NCBI GenBank assembly: GCA_965153455.1
Contig: OZ234494.1
Coordinates: 6,758,001-6,822,000, forward strand
DNA length: 64,000 nucleotides
Origin: Sphagnum compactum
Taxonomy: Eukaryota
Direction of reading: 5' to 3'
Positions 38,440 to 51,000 of this stretch are shown piece after piece (position 1 is the first letter of the stretch; each line of letters begins with the position of its first letter). The notes beneath the pieces are model-generated. The model ran no database searches and was not told the DNA's origin. It saw only the letters and a list, made by a program, of their open reading frames with translations. The translations under genes and the position numbers were made by a program.

Positions 38440-38649
38440 ACAAATTTGCTTCATCACATGGTGATGCATTTTCCTTCACCATCTGAAATCTTGAACTCCA
38501 TATTTGTGAGCAAATAGTTGAGATTTACAATGTCAAAATGCTTATTGTCTATGAGAAATAAGTGTCAGGAGTTGTACCTTTCCTAGTATCCAAATTTCTG
38601 AAGACATCAATGTAACCACCAGCCAGAGATCTGAAGAGTTGCAAAAGCC

Positions 38650-39777
38650 ATGAACATTAGTGAAACAGCATGGAATCAAGTGCTGGAAGGTATCTTGCTG
38701 GAGAACCTACCAGTTCCTGTGATCTGTTTGATGAGATGTGTGTGCAAGAAATGGAACTCCTTGATTTGCAGTAGAGCAAGGGTAGTAAATCCTAGTAAGG
38801 TCAAGGAGAGACCTTACCTGGTGTTTCCATTTGTTGAGCAAAGTAGTGCTACGCTTGCAACTTACAGTCCAAGTTTGAGCAAGTGGTATCATCTTCCTCT
38901 CTGCAACTTGAGGCCAAGCTTGCCTCAGCTTCATCTTTGGAAGCCATGGGGTGACATAGACCTGATTGCAGCAGATGGGGGGTTGCTTTGCTTCATGATA
39001 GGATTCACAACTCCTGAGAAAGATGTGAAATTTGTAGTCTTGAACCCTTTAGCCAACACATGGAGACAGCTTCCACCTTTCCCCCAAAACAGACGTTCAA
39101 AGCCCCCATCAGTTTGCGGAATGCATATGGATAGAAGCTCAAGATCTTACAAGCTGATTTTGGCTGGGCATCTTCTGATGTTTGGAGAAGAAGGGCACAT
39201 GAGAACATATTTGTATGATTCATCAACTCAAGCATGGAAGCTTGGTGGGGATTTGCCCCATGAGGTCTATGGTGTTCAAAAGCAATGTACCTTCTGGGAT
39301 GGAAGCTTTCATTTTGTGGAATGTTGCACAAACCAAGTGCGAGCATATGACGAATTGCATAAGGTGTGGAAGAATGTTCTTCCCATCTTGCCTCCCATTT
39401 TTCGCAGCCCGACTCTTGTGGAGAGGTATGGGCACATTCTGATTGTGGGTACCATTGCCAATTCTGGGAGCCTGGAGATTATGGAACTCAACAAAAGCAG
39501 AACAAAGTGGAGAGAGATTGAGAACATGCACCTGCAGGGTGCTGTGATTGAATGCTTCTTCCACAGAGATGGACCAGATCCAAGAAATACACCGTTAATC
39601 TGTGCTGGTCAAGGAGACCTCATTTTTGTCTCAAAGTCAGGATCTAACTCTGTCATGCTGTTGGATGTTTCTCAAGGAACTTGGACCTTTCTGCCCTGTA
39701 GACCCTGCAGCAGTATGAACACTTTAGATGTGAAAGCCACGTTTACATTCAATCCTACATTTGCTGCCGAAGTCTGA
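38650..39777 (+). CDS. Intronless F-box protein with a kelch/FBA-like C-terminal domain, 375 aa
   Basis: LENLPVPVICLMRCVCKKWNSLI (F-box), IAADGGLLCF, VLNPLANTWRQLPP, YKLILAG, YDSSTQAW and C-terminal FNPTF. Confidence 0.9.
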   Translation: MNISETAWNQVLEGILLENLPVPVICLMRCVCKKWNSLICSRARVVNPSKVKERPYLVFPFVEQSSATLATYSPSLSKWYHLPLCNLRPSLPQLHLWKPWGDIDLIAADGGLLCFMIGFTTPEKDVKFVVLNPLANTWRQLPPFPQNRRSKPPSVCGMHMDRSSRSYKLILAGHLLMFGEEGHMRTYLYDSSTQAWKLGGDLPHEVYGVQKQCTFWDGSFHFVECCTNQVRAYDELHKVWKNVLPILPPIFRSPTLVERYGHILIVGTIANSGSLEIMELNKSRTKWREIENMHLQGAVIECFFHRDGPDPRNTPLICAGQGDLIFVSKSGSNSVMLLDVSQGTWTFLPCRPCSSMNTLDVKATFTFNPTFAAEV

Positions 39778-41152
39778 AATATTCTTTTTCCAAACATGAG
39801 CCTGCTATATCCATCCAGCTCTTGTGCACATTTGGAAAGTGAAAGCCTTTTGTCTCCAGACATTGTTGTGGATCTGGAGGACAGACCTGAGAGCAAAATT
39901 CAAAGAATCGAAAGCCTAAACAGGAAGGCCTTTGATCTGTACATTGAAATGGGAAGGAAAAAAAATAATTTCTACAAACGGCTTGCTTGTTATCCATTTT
40001 GGATGCGTGAGCTGTGTGCACCTGGTGGTTTACGCCTCAGGCCTTGACACCAGATGATTCCTGAATTGTGAAGAGGAAGAAGAATAAATTCTCGAGCTTG
40101 CAGTTGCCTTAACTGATTTCCAATGTCACTGAACTCCAAGGAACTGGTGCTTGCCTGTCCAAGAATATTAGCTCTCCTGCAGTGCACTGAAGTCAGACTA
40201 GAATTGTGACATGTAAACATCTGAGCTTGGAGAAACTGCTTGATCACCCAATTTTCACTTGGGAGACAGAACATCTCTGAGGGTTTGAACACAGATAAAG
40301 GGGCAGATCTAGTACAGCTATGGCAAGGTGCAAAGGGAAGTTACAATCTGGAGTTTGAGAAGCTTGGGACTCATCTTTTACTGACACTACAGGTGAGAAA
40401 TTGAGCAGTAAAGAACTGATTTGAGATCAGAGCAGTCTGATCTCAACTGTGTGAAGCATTGGAAATGCCAAGTAAAGATGAGTCCCGAAGGCTTTCGGTT
40501 GCCCTCACTAACAGGTCCATTTTCATTCTACACTGTCACATGAACAGGTGAAGATGTCAGGGACAGCAGAAACTCATCAAGAGGAGAGGAAACTCTTGTT
40601 GCACACACAATGGCCACAAACAAGGAGAGAAGATCAACGGCTCATCTTTGAAACTGTGATGAAGTTGGAATTTGATTCATAAACAAATGATTGTTGGGCT
40701 TTAATGGCCACCAAGTTCTTGGTACAGATGTACAGAAGGTTTATATATACAAAAGAAGTCCCAGGGCAATTCTGGACACCAGTAATGAATCCTTCGCACA
40801 AATGAGGCTACAATGCAGGTATTTTGAATGGGAGCATGATTTGACAACCTTCCAGATGAGAATCCTCATGTGCATGAAGGAGTAGCCTAATTGGAATGTA
40901 AAATTTTTCTTTCTCACCACTGCTGCAAACAATGGACGAGAAAATTGTTTGAATCCCTTGCTGTTGCCAAATGAATATTTTGCACTGCTCAGTCAGTTGC
41001 TCACTGTAAAATTAGTCCTTGTCTCCTTGATGAGAGACTTAAGAGTCCTAATGATTGAAGGGAATTTTTAAAAAATGTGTGGACAATGCTCACTATTCTA
41101 GGCATTAAAATAGGCACAATAATAGTACTGGTTGCTGTAGAATAATCAGCAC

Positions 41153-44100
41153 TCACAGAAAGACCACTGAGTGTTTGATGGCTCCAACTCTGAAGACGTG
41201 TGCACCTGCATCCAGCATGTGACTGCCATCCTCCTTCACTCTACTGAGATGTCTGCAAGGATCAATGCTGAAGACCAGTTCACGCTGTGCCCCTGGACTC
41301 AGGTACACACTTTGGAAATCCAGCAGCTGCTTTAATGGAGCACCATTGACTCCTGCTCGAGGAGGCGACGAGAATAGAAGCACTTGGTGATTCCCACCCC
41401 TGTCGCCCAAGTTTTGCACTATAACGCTGACTGTAAACATGGAGTTCTTACAGGTTCCTGTCCTCCAAGAGAAAGTAGCAACCATTCCCACCCAAGCTTT
41501 AGCCTTATCATGCCTGATTTCTAGCCATGGACTTCAGGAGAATAAGTGCAGATTTTTCCTGTTCACAGCACTGTATGCTTTTTGTTTCTGAACTTTTCCC
41601 ACAATGATGACTTTTAGGTTTTACAAAGACCTGTTCCTATGCAGAATCTCTACAACCAGTATGTTCCTATCCCAAGATCAACATAAAATATCACCTCAAA
41701 TATGGGCAATCAGGTTTGGACATTTCTGCCCTCATAACCCTTAAGAACAGAGGTAAAATCTTATGAACATTGTGGTGGCAAATTGGGGACCATGCCAGAG
41801 TGCTCCATTCTTCACTGAAATGGCAATTGGTCCCAAATGACAAAGATGGAACTTGAGTGAATCCATACCTCTGTCCTTCTCAGAGCACAGAAGCTTGCCA
41901 CTTGAGCCCCCATCAGAACCACACATTTGCTCCTGCAAGGTGGGTACAGTCACAGCAGATGGCGCTGACGCAAATTGGTGTGCAAAGGTTGTGTAGCTTA
42001 AGCCATACCCAAATGGATAGATCATTGGTCCAGTGTGGAACCGATAGGTTCGGCCTGGGTAACCTGAAGAATTGTCTGGCCGCATTCGCATATCTGCCAT
42101 GTCAATGTGTGTGTACTTCTCTGGATACCATGAAACTGGTAGCCTACCTCCTGCACATGTAGATTCACCATGCAAAATCATAAGAATCACTTCGCAATCT
42201 CAAAATGGGTCGTGCTAACAAGCTGTGAACATTCTGCATTCAAAAGGTACACATGTACACTGATGAAATTCTCCACAAAGCTGTAAACCCTAATGCAGGA
42301 GGTTTCCAGACATGACAGTAAAATCCTCCACATTGCTGCTGCAATCTATAATGAGAGACACTTTCATACCTGGATTATGGTCGCCAAAGATGATCTCAGT
42401 TATTGCTTGGCCTCCGGCTTGCCCAGGATAGCCCACCCACAGAATACTTTGAATGCGGCTGTCCGCCTTTGCAAAGGATATGTCTACAGGTCCTCCAGAC
42501 ATGACCACAAGAACCACAGGGCGACCAGGTAGGACACTCCCCGCGACAGCTGAGATCAAATCCTGTTGGTGACCAGGTAGGAGTAAGGTCTTTCTGTCGT
42601 GAGATTCTGCTTCCTGTTCCTGGGTGAGCCCAACTACGAGAACGACAGCATCTGCTCTCGATGCCACTTCTGTGGCATGCGGAATGTGATCAACATCCGC
42701 ACAAGCAGTATCTAGACATCCTGGTGCATAATGAACCTTGTCGTAGTCTCCAATTCCTAACAGTACCAGTCCCTGGAGAGGCGTGATGTACTTACAAGGA
42801 ACGCCTGCATTTAGGAATTAGGGTTTAGGAATCAACACTGGGATAAGAAGTTACATTCCCATTTTGATCCGGGAGATCCACGCAAATTCTTACAGCACCA
42901 GCTGAGGGGAGCTTGAAACAGATGGCATACCTGCGTAGTTCCCAAGCATTACGTGCGACGCATTTGCATTGGGACCAATTACTGCCAACGTCGTCTGTCC
43001 CCCGCGACACAAGGGAAGGGTTTGGTTTCTATTCTTCAAAAGAACAATACCCTGCCTTGCAGCTTCCACAGCAAGCTCCTGATGCGCATCAGAACAAACG
43101 TCCCCTGGACCCAATGACCCATATGTCTGATTTGTCGGTCCGTCAAACATCCCGAGTCGCATGCGCACCGAGAACAGATTGTAAAGCGCTGCGTCTATGC
43201 GCGACGAATTCACTTTGCCCACGCCGATTGCCGATTGAGTGTAGGTTGAAAGGTACGACCCACAATTGAGATCCAAACCTGCGTTCAGTGCGTCAGCCAC
43301 AGCATCCTCAGCGGTGAAAGCGTAATCAATCGATTCGTGCATGACCTTCACTGCATCACAGTCAGAAACAATGTACCTGCAGGCCCAACGAGCTCGCCCA
43401 CACACATATCAGGTTTCGTCACAAGCAGCATTTGCAAGTTCACTGTAGATCCATGCGATATATATGATACCTACGATATGGAACGAACATACCCACCAGC
43501 TCTTTGAATGGTCTTTGAACCTCTCTAGGAAAATTCACAACAAGGCTGCAAATGTGACAATCTGTGAATCATGCATGTTGTACGCGTACCCATCTAGACC
43601 CCAAGTATTCCGAACAGTTTCTGTGAGGAAGTTGTAATCAGCACACGTCGGGACCCCATTCACTCGATTGTAGGAGCACATCAGGCTGCTGGATCTGCCG
43701 TCTTCAACGCAACTCCTGAAAGGCGGATTGTACGTGTCTTCCAGATCTTGTATGGTGACCTGCAGCAGCTTATATCAAAGCAACCCAAACATCATTCAAC
43801 GCCGCCGTAGAACGTTCAACAAACAAGCCAAGAATTTCCTTGAGCTGCAAAGCAACGTCTGGTACATCCTGCAGCTGATCCAGCGAGTTGTGGCCCATGG
43901 GTCCGACTCCGATCGAGCACCCAATGTCGTGTACAAAAATCTAGAATCATGTCCTGAGCTCGCAGCTTTGTTTCTTAAGAAAGAAGCTAGAGAATTATAC
44001 ATCATTTCTCTACAAAGCTCAAACAAGATCCACAGCTGCGAGTTTCTTCGAGTACATGAGCAGCGACTAAGTACTGCTGCGTGGAGGAGAAGCTGCAGCA

Positions 44101-45066
44101 TCATCATGCAACATTACCTTAGCATTCAAATGAAACCGGTCTCTTCCCTTCCAGTTATCCAGATCGTAGGCTGTGAAATGCTTGCAACAGGCTGAAACCT
44201 TCATCCTCCTAGGACCTCCTGCCGGCGCGGCACCGCCGTCCGCAACAATCACCTGCTGGTGGTTCAGGGATGGTGAAGAAGAAGAAGTTGCAGTCGACCG
44301 CGCTGCCGCATCATAGCTGCTGCTGCTGCTGCTGCTGGACTGCAGATCTCCCTCTTGCATGCCTCTGATGAAGTGCGTTGCGTAGGAGCTTGTGAGAGCT
44401 GGATCTTCTCCAGCGGTTTCTTGTACCCTCCCCCATCTAGGATCTCTCACTATGTTGATCACCGGAGACCAGTACGTCAATCCACCTCTTCCGACGTTGA
44501 AGAAAGCCCGTGCTTCCGTTGACACAGCCTGCACATTGTTATTGCAGACACACGAGATGACAATCCTGATTCCTCTCATGATGCGCGGTCTCAAAGATGA
44601 TGCAAGGGCTGAGAGCTTGAGCAGTACTGCATGATTTTACCTGGCCGATCCGGTTCCACAGGGTTCTGTTGAAGGAAGCCGCCGTCAAGATAGGCAGAGG
44701 GAAGCTGGTGGCCTGCGGAACAGGACCTCCGAAAGACACATGCGCCACGCCATGCAAACCTTCTTGCCACCAAGTATAGCTGGGGATCCCAAGTCTGGGA
44801 ACAGCCGCTGCGTTGTTGACGAGCTGTTTGATCTTCTCTGGCATCGTCAGTCGCGAGACTAAATCTCTCACGCGAACTTCGTCAGGAAGGGATGTGTCAC
44901 AGAACGTCATTGCTCGCAGACTTGGATCTTGCTCGAAATCGCAACCGTATAACAACTTCTGCATGTGCAGCAGTTCCGGCGATGGATTCACCAGCTGCAG
45001 CAGACCCATTGCGCTCAGGAGTCCGATGACCATGCAGACTGCCTGCCGCCATTTGGTCGATCCCAT
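41153..45066 (-). CDS. BXL: Beta-D-xylosidase/alpha-L-arabinofuranosidase, glycoside hydrolase family 3 (BXL family), ~824 aa, 7 exons
   Basis: Exons 45066(or 45111)-44641, 44528-44118, 43759-43590, 43376-42931, 42804-42370, 42150-41869 and 41457-41153, all in phase. Signal-like hydrophobic segment, [25 protein letters not shown], catalytic [16 protein letters not shown] and a C-terminal Fn3-like domain. Confidence 0.95.
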
Positions 45067-45756
45067 TTGCTTCTGGTCGACGTTCCGTTGCAGCTGCAGC
45101 GAGCTATTCATGAGGAACCAACCGATTCTGCAGCAGGCTACCTACGTATCGCACCTTTCTACAATGCGGCAGAGAGAGACGCACTGCACACAATTACGCT
45201 GTTCCTGGTAACAACGTCTCCTCCTTGTTGAATCTAGTTCCAGAGTGCTGATCGCCATGCAGGTCTCGAGTCATTGACGCACGCAAAAAGTGACACGCTC
45301 TTGAATTAGTTCGATAGCAGATAGCTGGAGAAGTTTTATGACCAGGACTTCCTGCTGCAGGCGAGAGTCTATGTTCTGATTGCGTTGAACGACAAGGTGA
45401 TCATCAGCAGCTGCGTCTTCAAATCTTTTCGATCCTCCACGGTTTTTTCTATCCCACGGTAAGCTTCTTTTTTTCCTACGAGAGACAGAGACAAAGAGAG
45501 ACCGAGAGAGAGAGAGAGCGATCGGGAGATCTACAGATCTACAGACAGTTATGTCAAGCCGCCAGCAAAATTGCGCTAGCTTCTAGTTCAATACTAATGC
45601 CAAGGGAATATCGGTGCAGCACACAAGAATTGCGAGTCCAAGAATGGAACACTTTGAGAAATTTGCGAGTACTCTACCTGATTTTCCTCTACTTGCCACA
45701 GAGTTTGACAAAAGAATCGAGAGAGATTCGACATGATCACAGACAGCAGCGCTCAT

Positions 45757-45791
45757 GAGGAGGAGGAGGAGGAGGAGGAGGAGGAGGAGGA
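45757..45791. repeat. (GAG)n trinucleotide microsatellite
   Basis: About 11 GAG units upstream of the first BXL gene. Confidence 0.9.
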
Positions 45792-47349
45792 TAGGACTCC
45801 TGCAAGGTTTTGGAGATCACAAAAAAACTGCAGGATTGTCAGAAGCGTCAGTGGCGCCATGATCATCCGTGCAGTTTTTCTATCAGAAAACACCGCAGTA
45901 CAGATTACGGAGAAAACACCACAGCGCGAGCGAGTCTCCAGCGGCAATCTCGAAGCGGGAGCACTGAATTTTCCTTCTCAAACAACGCAACGCCACAAAA
46001 TTACCGTTTGCCTTCTCCGTCTCCTCCTCGCTGCCCTGCCCTCTGCCACTGCACACGTAGTCGAGACCAGAGCGGGGGCGGGTATTTGAAATCGCACCGA
46101 AGCCCCCCCCCCCCCCCCCCCCCCAATTACTTCCATTGTTATTTTGGAAGTGTTTTTGGGTGCTCAGGTGCTCTATACTCATTAGATTTGTTTCAAACTT
46201 ATCCAAATGTTTACATAATATATCAAAAAGACATTGTATAAATAAATCCAATATTTTCAATATTGACTTAACTTCCCACTTAAAGGCATATGAAATTCAG
46301 CAATGATAACACATTCTAGGGGTCCTACTAACATGCTTACACCCCATATTACTCAATTCTTCAAAGGAATTGCAAAACGTGAACTTCCAGTGTTTTAAGT
46401 TCCATTTGCATAGCCTATTCTTGACAAAGAGAATGCATAGTAGCATGCTGCAAAACAGAAGGAAAAGAGAGAGAACATATAGTGAGCCTCCATCTCATCA
46501 CAACATATAAAACATCACAATGTTGTTGCATAGGCTCAGATTCTGCAAAAGCTCCATCATTCACAATAGGTTCATCTCATCCAATGGTGAGATAAACAAC
46601 AGATCCACAATACAGACATAGCAACCACATGGACCTATCTACTGACAAAACCAGCTAGGAACATGCTTCTCTCATGTGCACCAACAAAGTCTCAGACGTC
46701 AATGGATCCCAAGATTACAAAGCAAAGCAGTCTTTTAAAATCTCCTTGCTTGTTTTGTGAGCCAACAAGCAGGCACTGCCTGTGATGAAGGATAAGACTA
46801 GGACAAAGTCACAATTAATCACATCTGTGCATGAATGAGCATGCCTTGGGTGGAATTTCCTGCAAATACTTTGTAAGCACTACTTGCACACCACCTTTGA
46901 GAGTACGAGTCATTCACAAAGAGGTAGGTGTCAAGGTCAAGAATCCTCTTTGAGATTTGCTGACATAGCTTCACATATTCAACCACAAGCCAGAGCAAAA
47001 ATTCCACCACCACCTTTGATGGCTCTCTCTCAACCGTCCCTCCTTGAAACTGCAATGCAACTGATTTTCTGTCATGTTTTTCCAGAAGCAATGGGAAAAC
47101 TCACTCATGATGTTGGATTGCACTCAAGAGACATAGCTAATCGAACACATCATTCAACAACACAACATGAACATGTATGCAAACCCAACATGTATTCTCT
47201 CTCTCTCTCTCCATCAAAATCATTCGAGAACAAAATGTGGCCAGGAATGCTTGCCTCGTGTCCTTTGTCTTTCTTGTCTTCATGTCTTCCACTGTCAACA
47301 ATGATGGCCAAAGGGTTGGGGCACAAATTCAACTGGATATCCAGCAATG

Positions 47350-47445
47350 ACTCCATTGATGCAAATTCTTGACTGCCCACTTCCAACTGCATGGCCATCA
47401 TCAATTGCTCCATTGATGCAAATTCTTGACTTCCAACTTCCAACT
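47350..47445. repeat. 58-bp-period tandem duplication
   Basis: CTCCATTGATGCAAATTCTTGACT...ACTTCCAACT occurs twice. Confidence 0.8.
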
Positions 47446-48080
47446 TCTCTTTCACAAATGCTTGATGAGAGACCAGACCAGGCACTCTTGGAAAAAAGGT
47501 AACCAGTTGGCTTCTCTTGCGTTTCTTCTCTTTCTGATCTGTGCATTGTTGTTGAAAGCAGCCTCAGGATAATGTTTCTTCCTCAAGAAACAGAATCTAG
47601 GTACCAATTTTTTTTTCTAAAACTGATGTCAGATTGAAGTAATGTCAGTCAGTCAGTCACCATTCAGTGAACCTCTCTGGAGATTTAAAGGTCCAGACTG
47701 GTAAGTCATTTCTCCAAATGTCATGAAGCCTGGGTGCAAAGAGTTTGATTTGAGGAAGAAAAACAATCATGGTTGCAATATTTTCTGCACAGCAACATTA
47801 GACAATTGGGAACCTACCAAAAAAGCTGCAAGCCTCAGTCACATAAAAGTATGGTGGTGATGGACCCAGCTGCAGAACTGTATCAAAAACTTGCATTTTT
47901 GTTTCTATTACCCATTGCTGACCAGCTACCACTCTGTACATTATGAAGCGCGATATCATGACTGCTCATGGTGAGAATGTGCTGTCTCCTGCAAACAGTC
48001 AAATTTCAAGTCAGATTTTGAACCCTACTTTCCACACAGTCCCTCTGGAACAAACTCTTACTGCTGACTTGCTTACCAAA

Positions 48081-51000
48081 TTAGATTTGATCTCTACAGA
48101 AAAGCTCAGAACAGAAAGACCCAGATATAATAGCTTGTCTAGGGAAAATGTGACTTACGACGACAATAGGGTGGTGGGCTGTCCCAGCTATGATGGTATG
48201 GGTCCCAATATCAAGAGTCCGCAATCCATCCACCTTCACAGTCCCCAAATCAGTACAAAAATGCACCAGAAAGATGACTTCCCTGTCAGAGCGTGAATTC
48301 AAATGAATTCTTTGGAGTCCCAACAACTGCTTCAGTGGAATGCCATTGGAGCCTGATAATGGGGACTTTGAATATAACAGCACAGAGTGATCACCATCTA
48401 TTGGGCCTTCATTTTTCACCCGCACCTTCAGTTTGAAATTTAAATCCTCACAAGCATCTGTTGAAAGAATCAATGTTTAGTTTCCTAGTAGTAGGAGTTC
48501 AGCAGATAGTGATTTTGAAAGGGTGAAATAAGTTCTGACCACAGGACTGGATAGAATCTAAAAGTCTAGCTCAGTAATTAGAGGAGATATTTTTGGTCCA
48601 ATCAAAGGTATCTGGACCTTTGTCCTCACCTAAAATGACAACTTAATTGGCATTTTATATTCATAGGCATTGAAATTAGGATTACCTGACTCCTTGTCAG
48701 CTAATCTTCATAACATGAATCAAGTAACTCTCCCCAAAATTGAAGATCTATACAAAGTCAGTAACAAAACTTCATTCTCTGACCTGTATCTTCTGTTAAG
48801 CATTCCATTGCCATCAATGAGTTGGATGCATCCTTATGACAGAGCTGCTGATGTAATGTTGGTGCAGTTATGGTAGAGGGTGCTTCCACAATCACATGTG
48901 AGAAATGAGAATAGCTCAGCCCATAACCAAATTCCCAAATTGGTGATCCTGTGAAAAAACGGTGAGTCCGACCTGGGTAACCAAGAGACAGATCTGGGCG
49001 CATCTGCATGTTTGACATGTCCATTTGTGTGTAATTCTCGTGGTACCATGAAAGAGCTAATCGCCCCGCTGCAACAACATGACACCAATCAAAACCCTCT
49101 ATCCAAACATTCCTTTCAATAATGGGCAATTTCCTTCAAACAAATCTCAATCCATGACCACATCCTTGGGCTTGACACAGAAGAAACTAATTTACCTGGA
49201 TTCACATCACCAAAGATCACTTCTGCTATTGCTTGCCCACCAGCCTGTCCAGGATAACCTGCCCATAAAATACTTCCAACTCGATCATCCTCTTTCATAA
49301 ATGAGACATCAACAGGCCCACCTGACAATATCACGACCACAATTGGCCGCCCACTAACAGCATCGACCACAGTTCCTGTTGCATGCCAGGAAGGAGTAGA
49401 CTTTCACGGTCCCGTCCTTCTGATTCTTGAGCCTGGCTTAATCCAACAAACAGGACAACTGCATCTGCTTCTGAAGCAGCAGTTGCAGCTGATTGAATTA
49501 GGCTCCTATCTTCACAAGATGCATCAGCACATCCAGGTGCATAAATTACATTCTCCCCATCACCCCCAAAAAGTGCTGTTATTCCATCCAAGGGACTGAT
49601 AAATTTACAGGGAATGCCTGCAGAATCCAAAGAATGATAGTAATGAGTAGATATCTTTATGATTGTTGTCTAGATGAGTCTACCATTGTCATTGTTCACA
49701 CACACCAAAAGACTAAGCTGTGGCAAAAACTTGGAAGAAAAAGAATTTGAAATAATAAACTAATCAACCAAAGGTACAGGACATGTGACATTTCAAAATC
49801 CACTATTTGAGCACAATATGCTTTACCATTCCTACCTTCATGTGCCTTGGGAGAGCAAAAATCACTAATAGTTGCAGTTATACCAGCTACACAAATTACT
49901 CTAAGTTGACAAGATCCCAACTTTGGGGAAGCAGTAGTAGAGCCCAATAATACCTTCATAATTACCAAGCATCTCCTGAGTTGAGTTCCCATGAGGACCA
50001 ATGACAGCCAGCTTGAACCTTTTTATTTTCTTCCATGGAAGTGTACTTCTGTCATTTTTCAAAAGAACAATGCTTTGTCGAGCTGCTTCAAGAGCGAGAT
50101 TTTGGTGATCAGTGGTGCAAACATCTGATGGTCCCAGTGAGCCAAATGGAAGGGTCCCAGGGTCTCCATCAAACATCCCCAATCGCATCCGCACAGCAAA
50201 CAGGTTGCGCAGATGCATGTTTATGAGTTCCTCCCAAATTAATCCCTTGTCTAGTGCAGCCTGAGCATGATTTAAAACTGTTGTTCCACAATTAAGGTCC
50301 ATACCTGAAATATTCATCTCAAGCATCAGTTTGGTTTGATGGTGACTATCCCTAAGTATGTGTTACCTACCTTCTCGAGTCCAAATTCGAAGTGATCAAA
50401 GATCACACATACACCAGAACCCAACTACAGAATCAAAGTGTCAAATTTAAGCAAAACCATGAGTACCTGCCAACATAACATAAGAGACTGCATCCTCTGG
50501 AGTAGGTGCATAATAGATGAAATCATGAATCAGTGCCACTGCGTCACAATCCGACATTATGTACCTACACCCAAATACCCATCTCTGTGAACCAAAGCAA
50601 TCACATTATGAGAAAAATGTAATGCATAGAACCTGACACCCAATTGCATCTCAACATTCCATAAAAGGTGATCCATCTTGAACTCTTTGCCTTAAACCCT
50701 AAATCCCAAACCATAAGACCACAAACAATTGAGGTGATGGCATACCCGTTAAAGCCCCAACTATTGCGGACAGTGAGAGTGAGGAGCTCGTAGTGAGTGC
50801 ACATAGGAATTCCATTGAGACGATTGTAGGAACACATGAGGCTACTGGACTGCCCCTGTATCACACAGCTTTTGAAAGGTGGGTTATATGTGTCCTCCAA
50901 ATCTTGCAGTGTCACCTGACCACATAAAAATTGAGACCAGTTCCAGATATAGTCCATTAGCTGGAAGCACAATAGAGGCTTCCAGACCATTCTGCTTCCT

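Noticed and set aside
46800-47600. Overlapping ORFs between the BXL genes
   Set aside because: No convincing domain, and part of the openness comes from a tandem duplication. A pseudogene fragment cannot be excluded without BLASTX.
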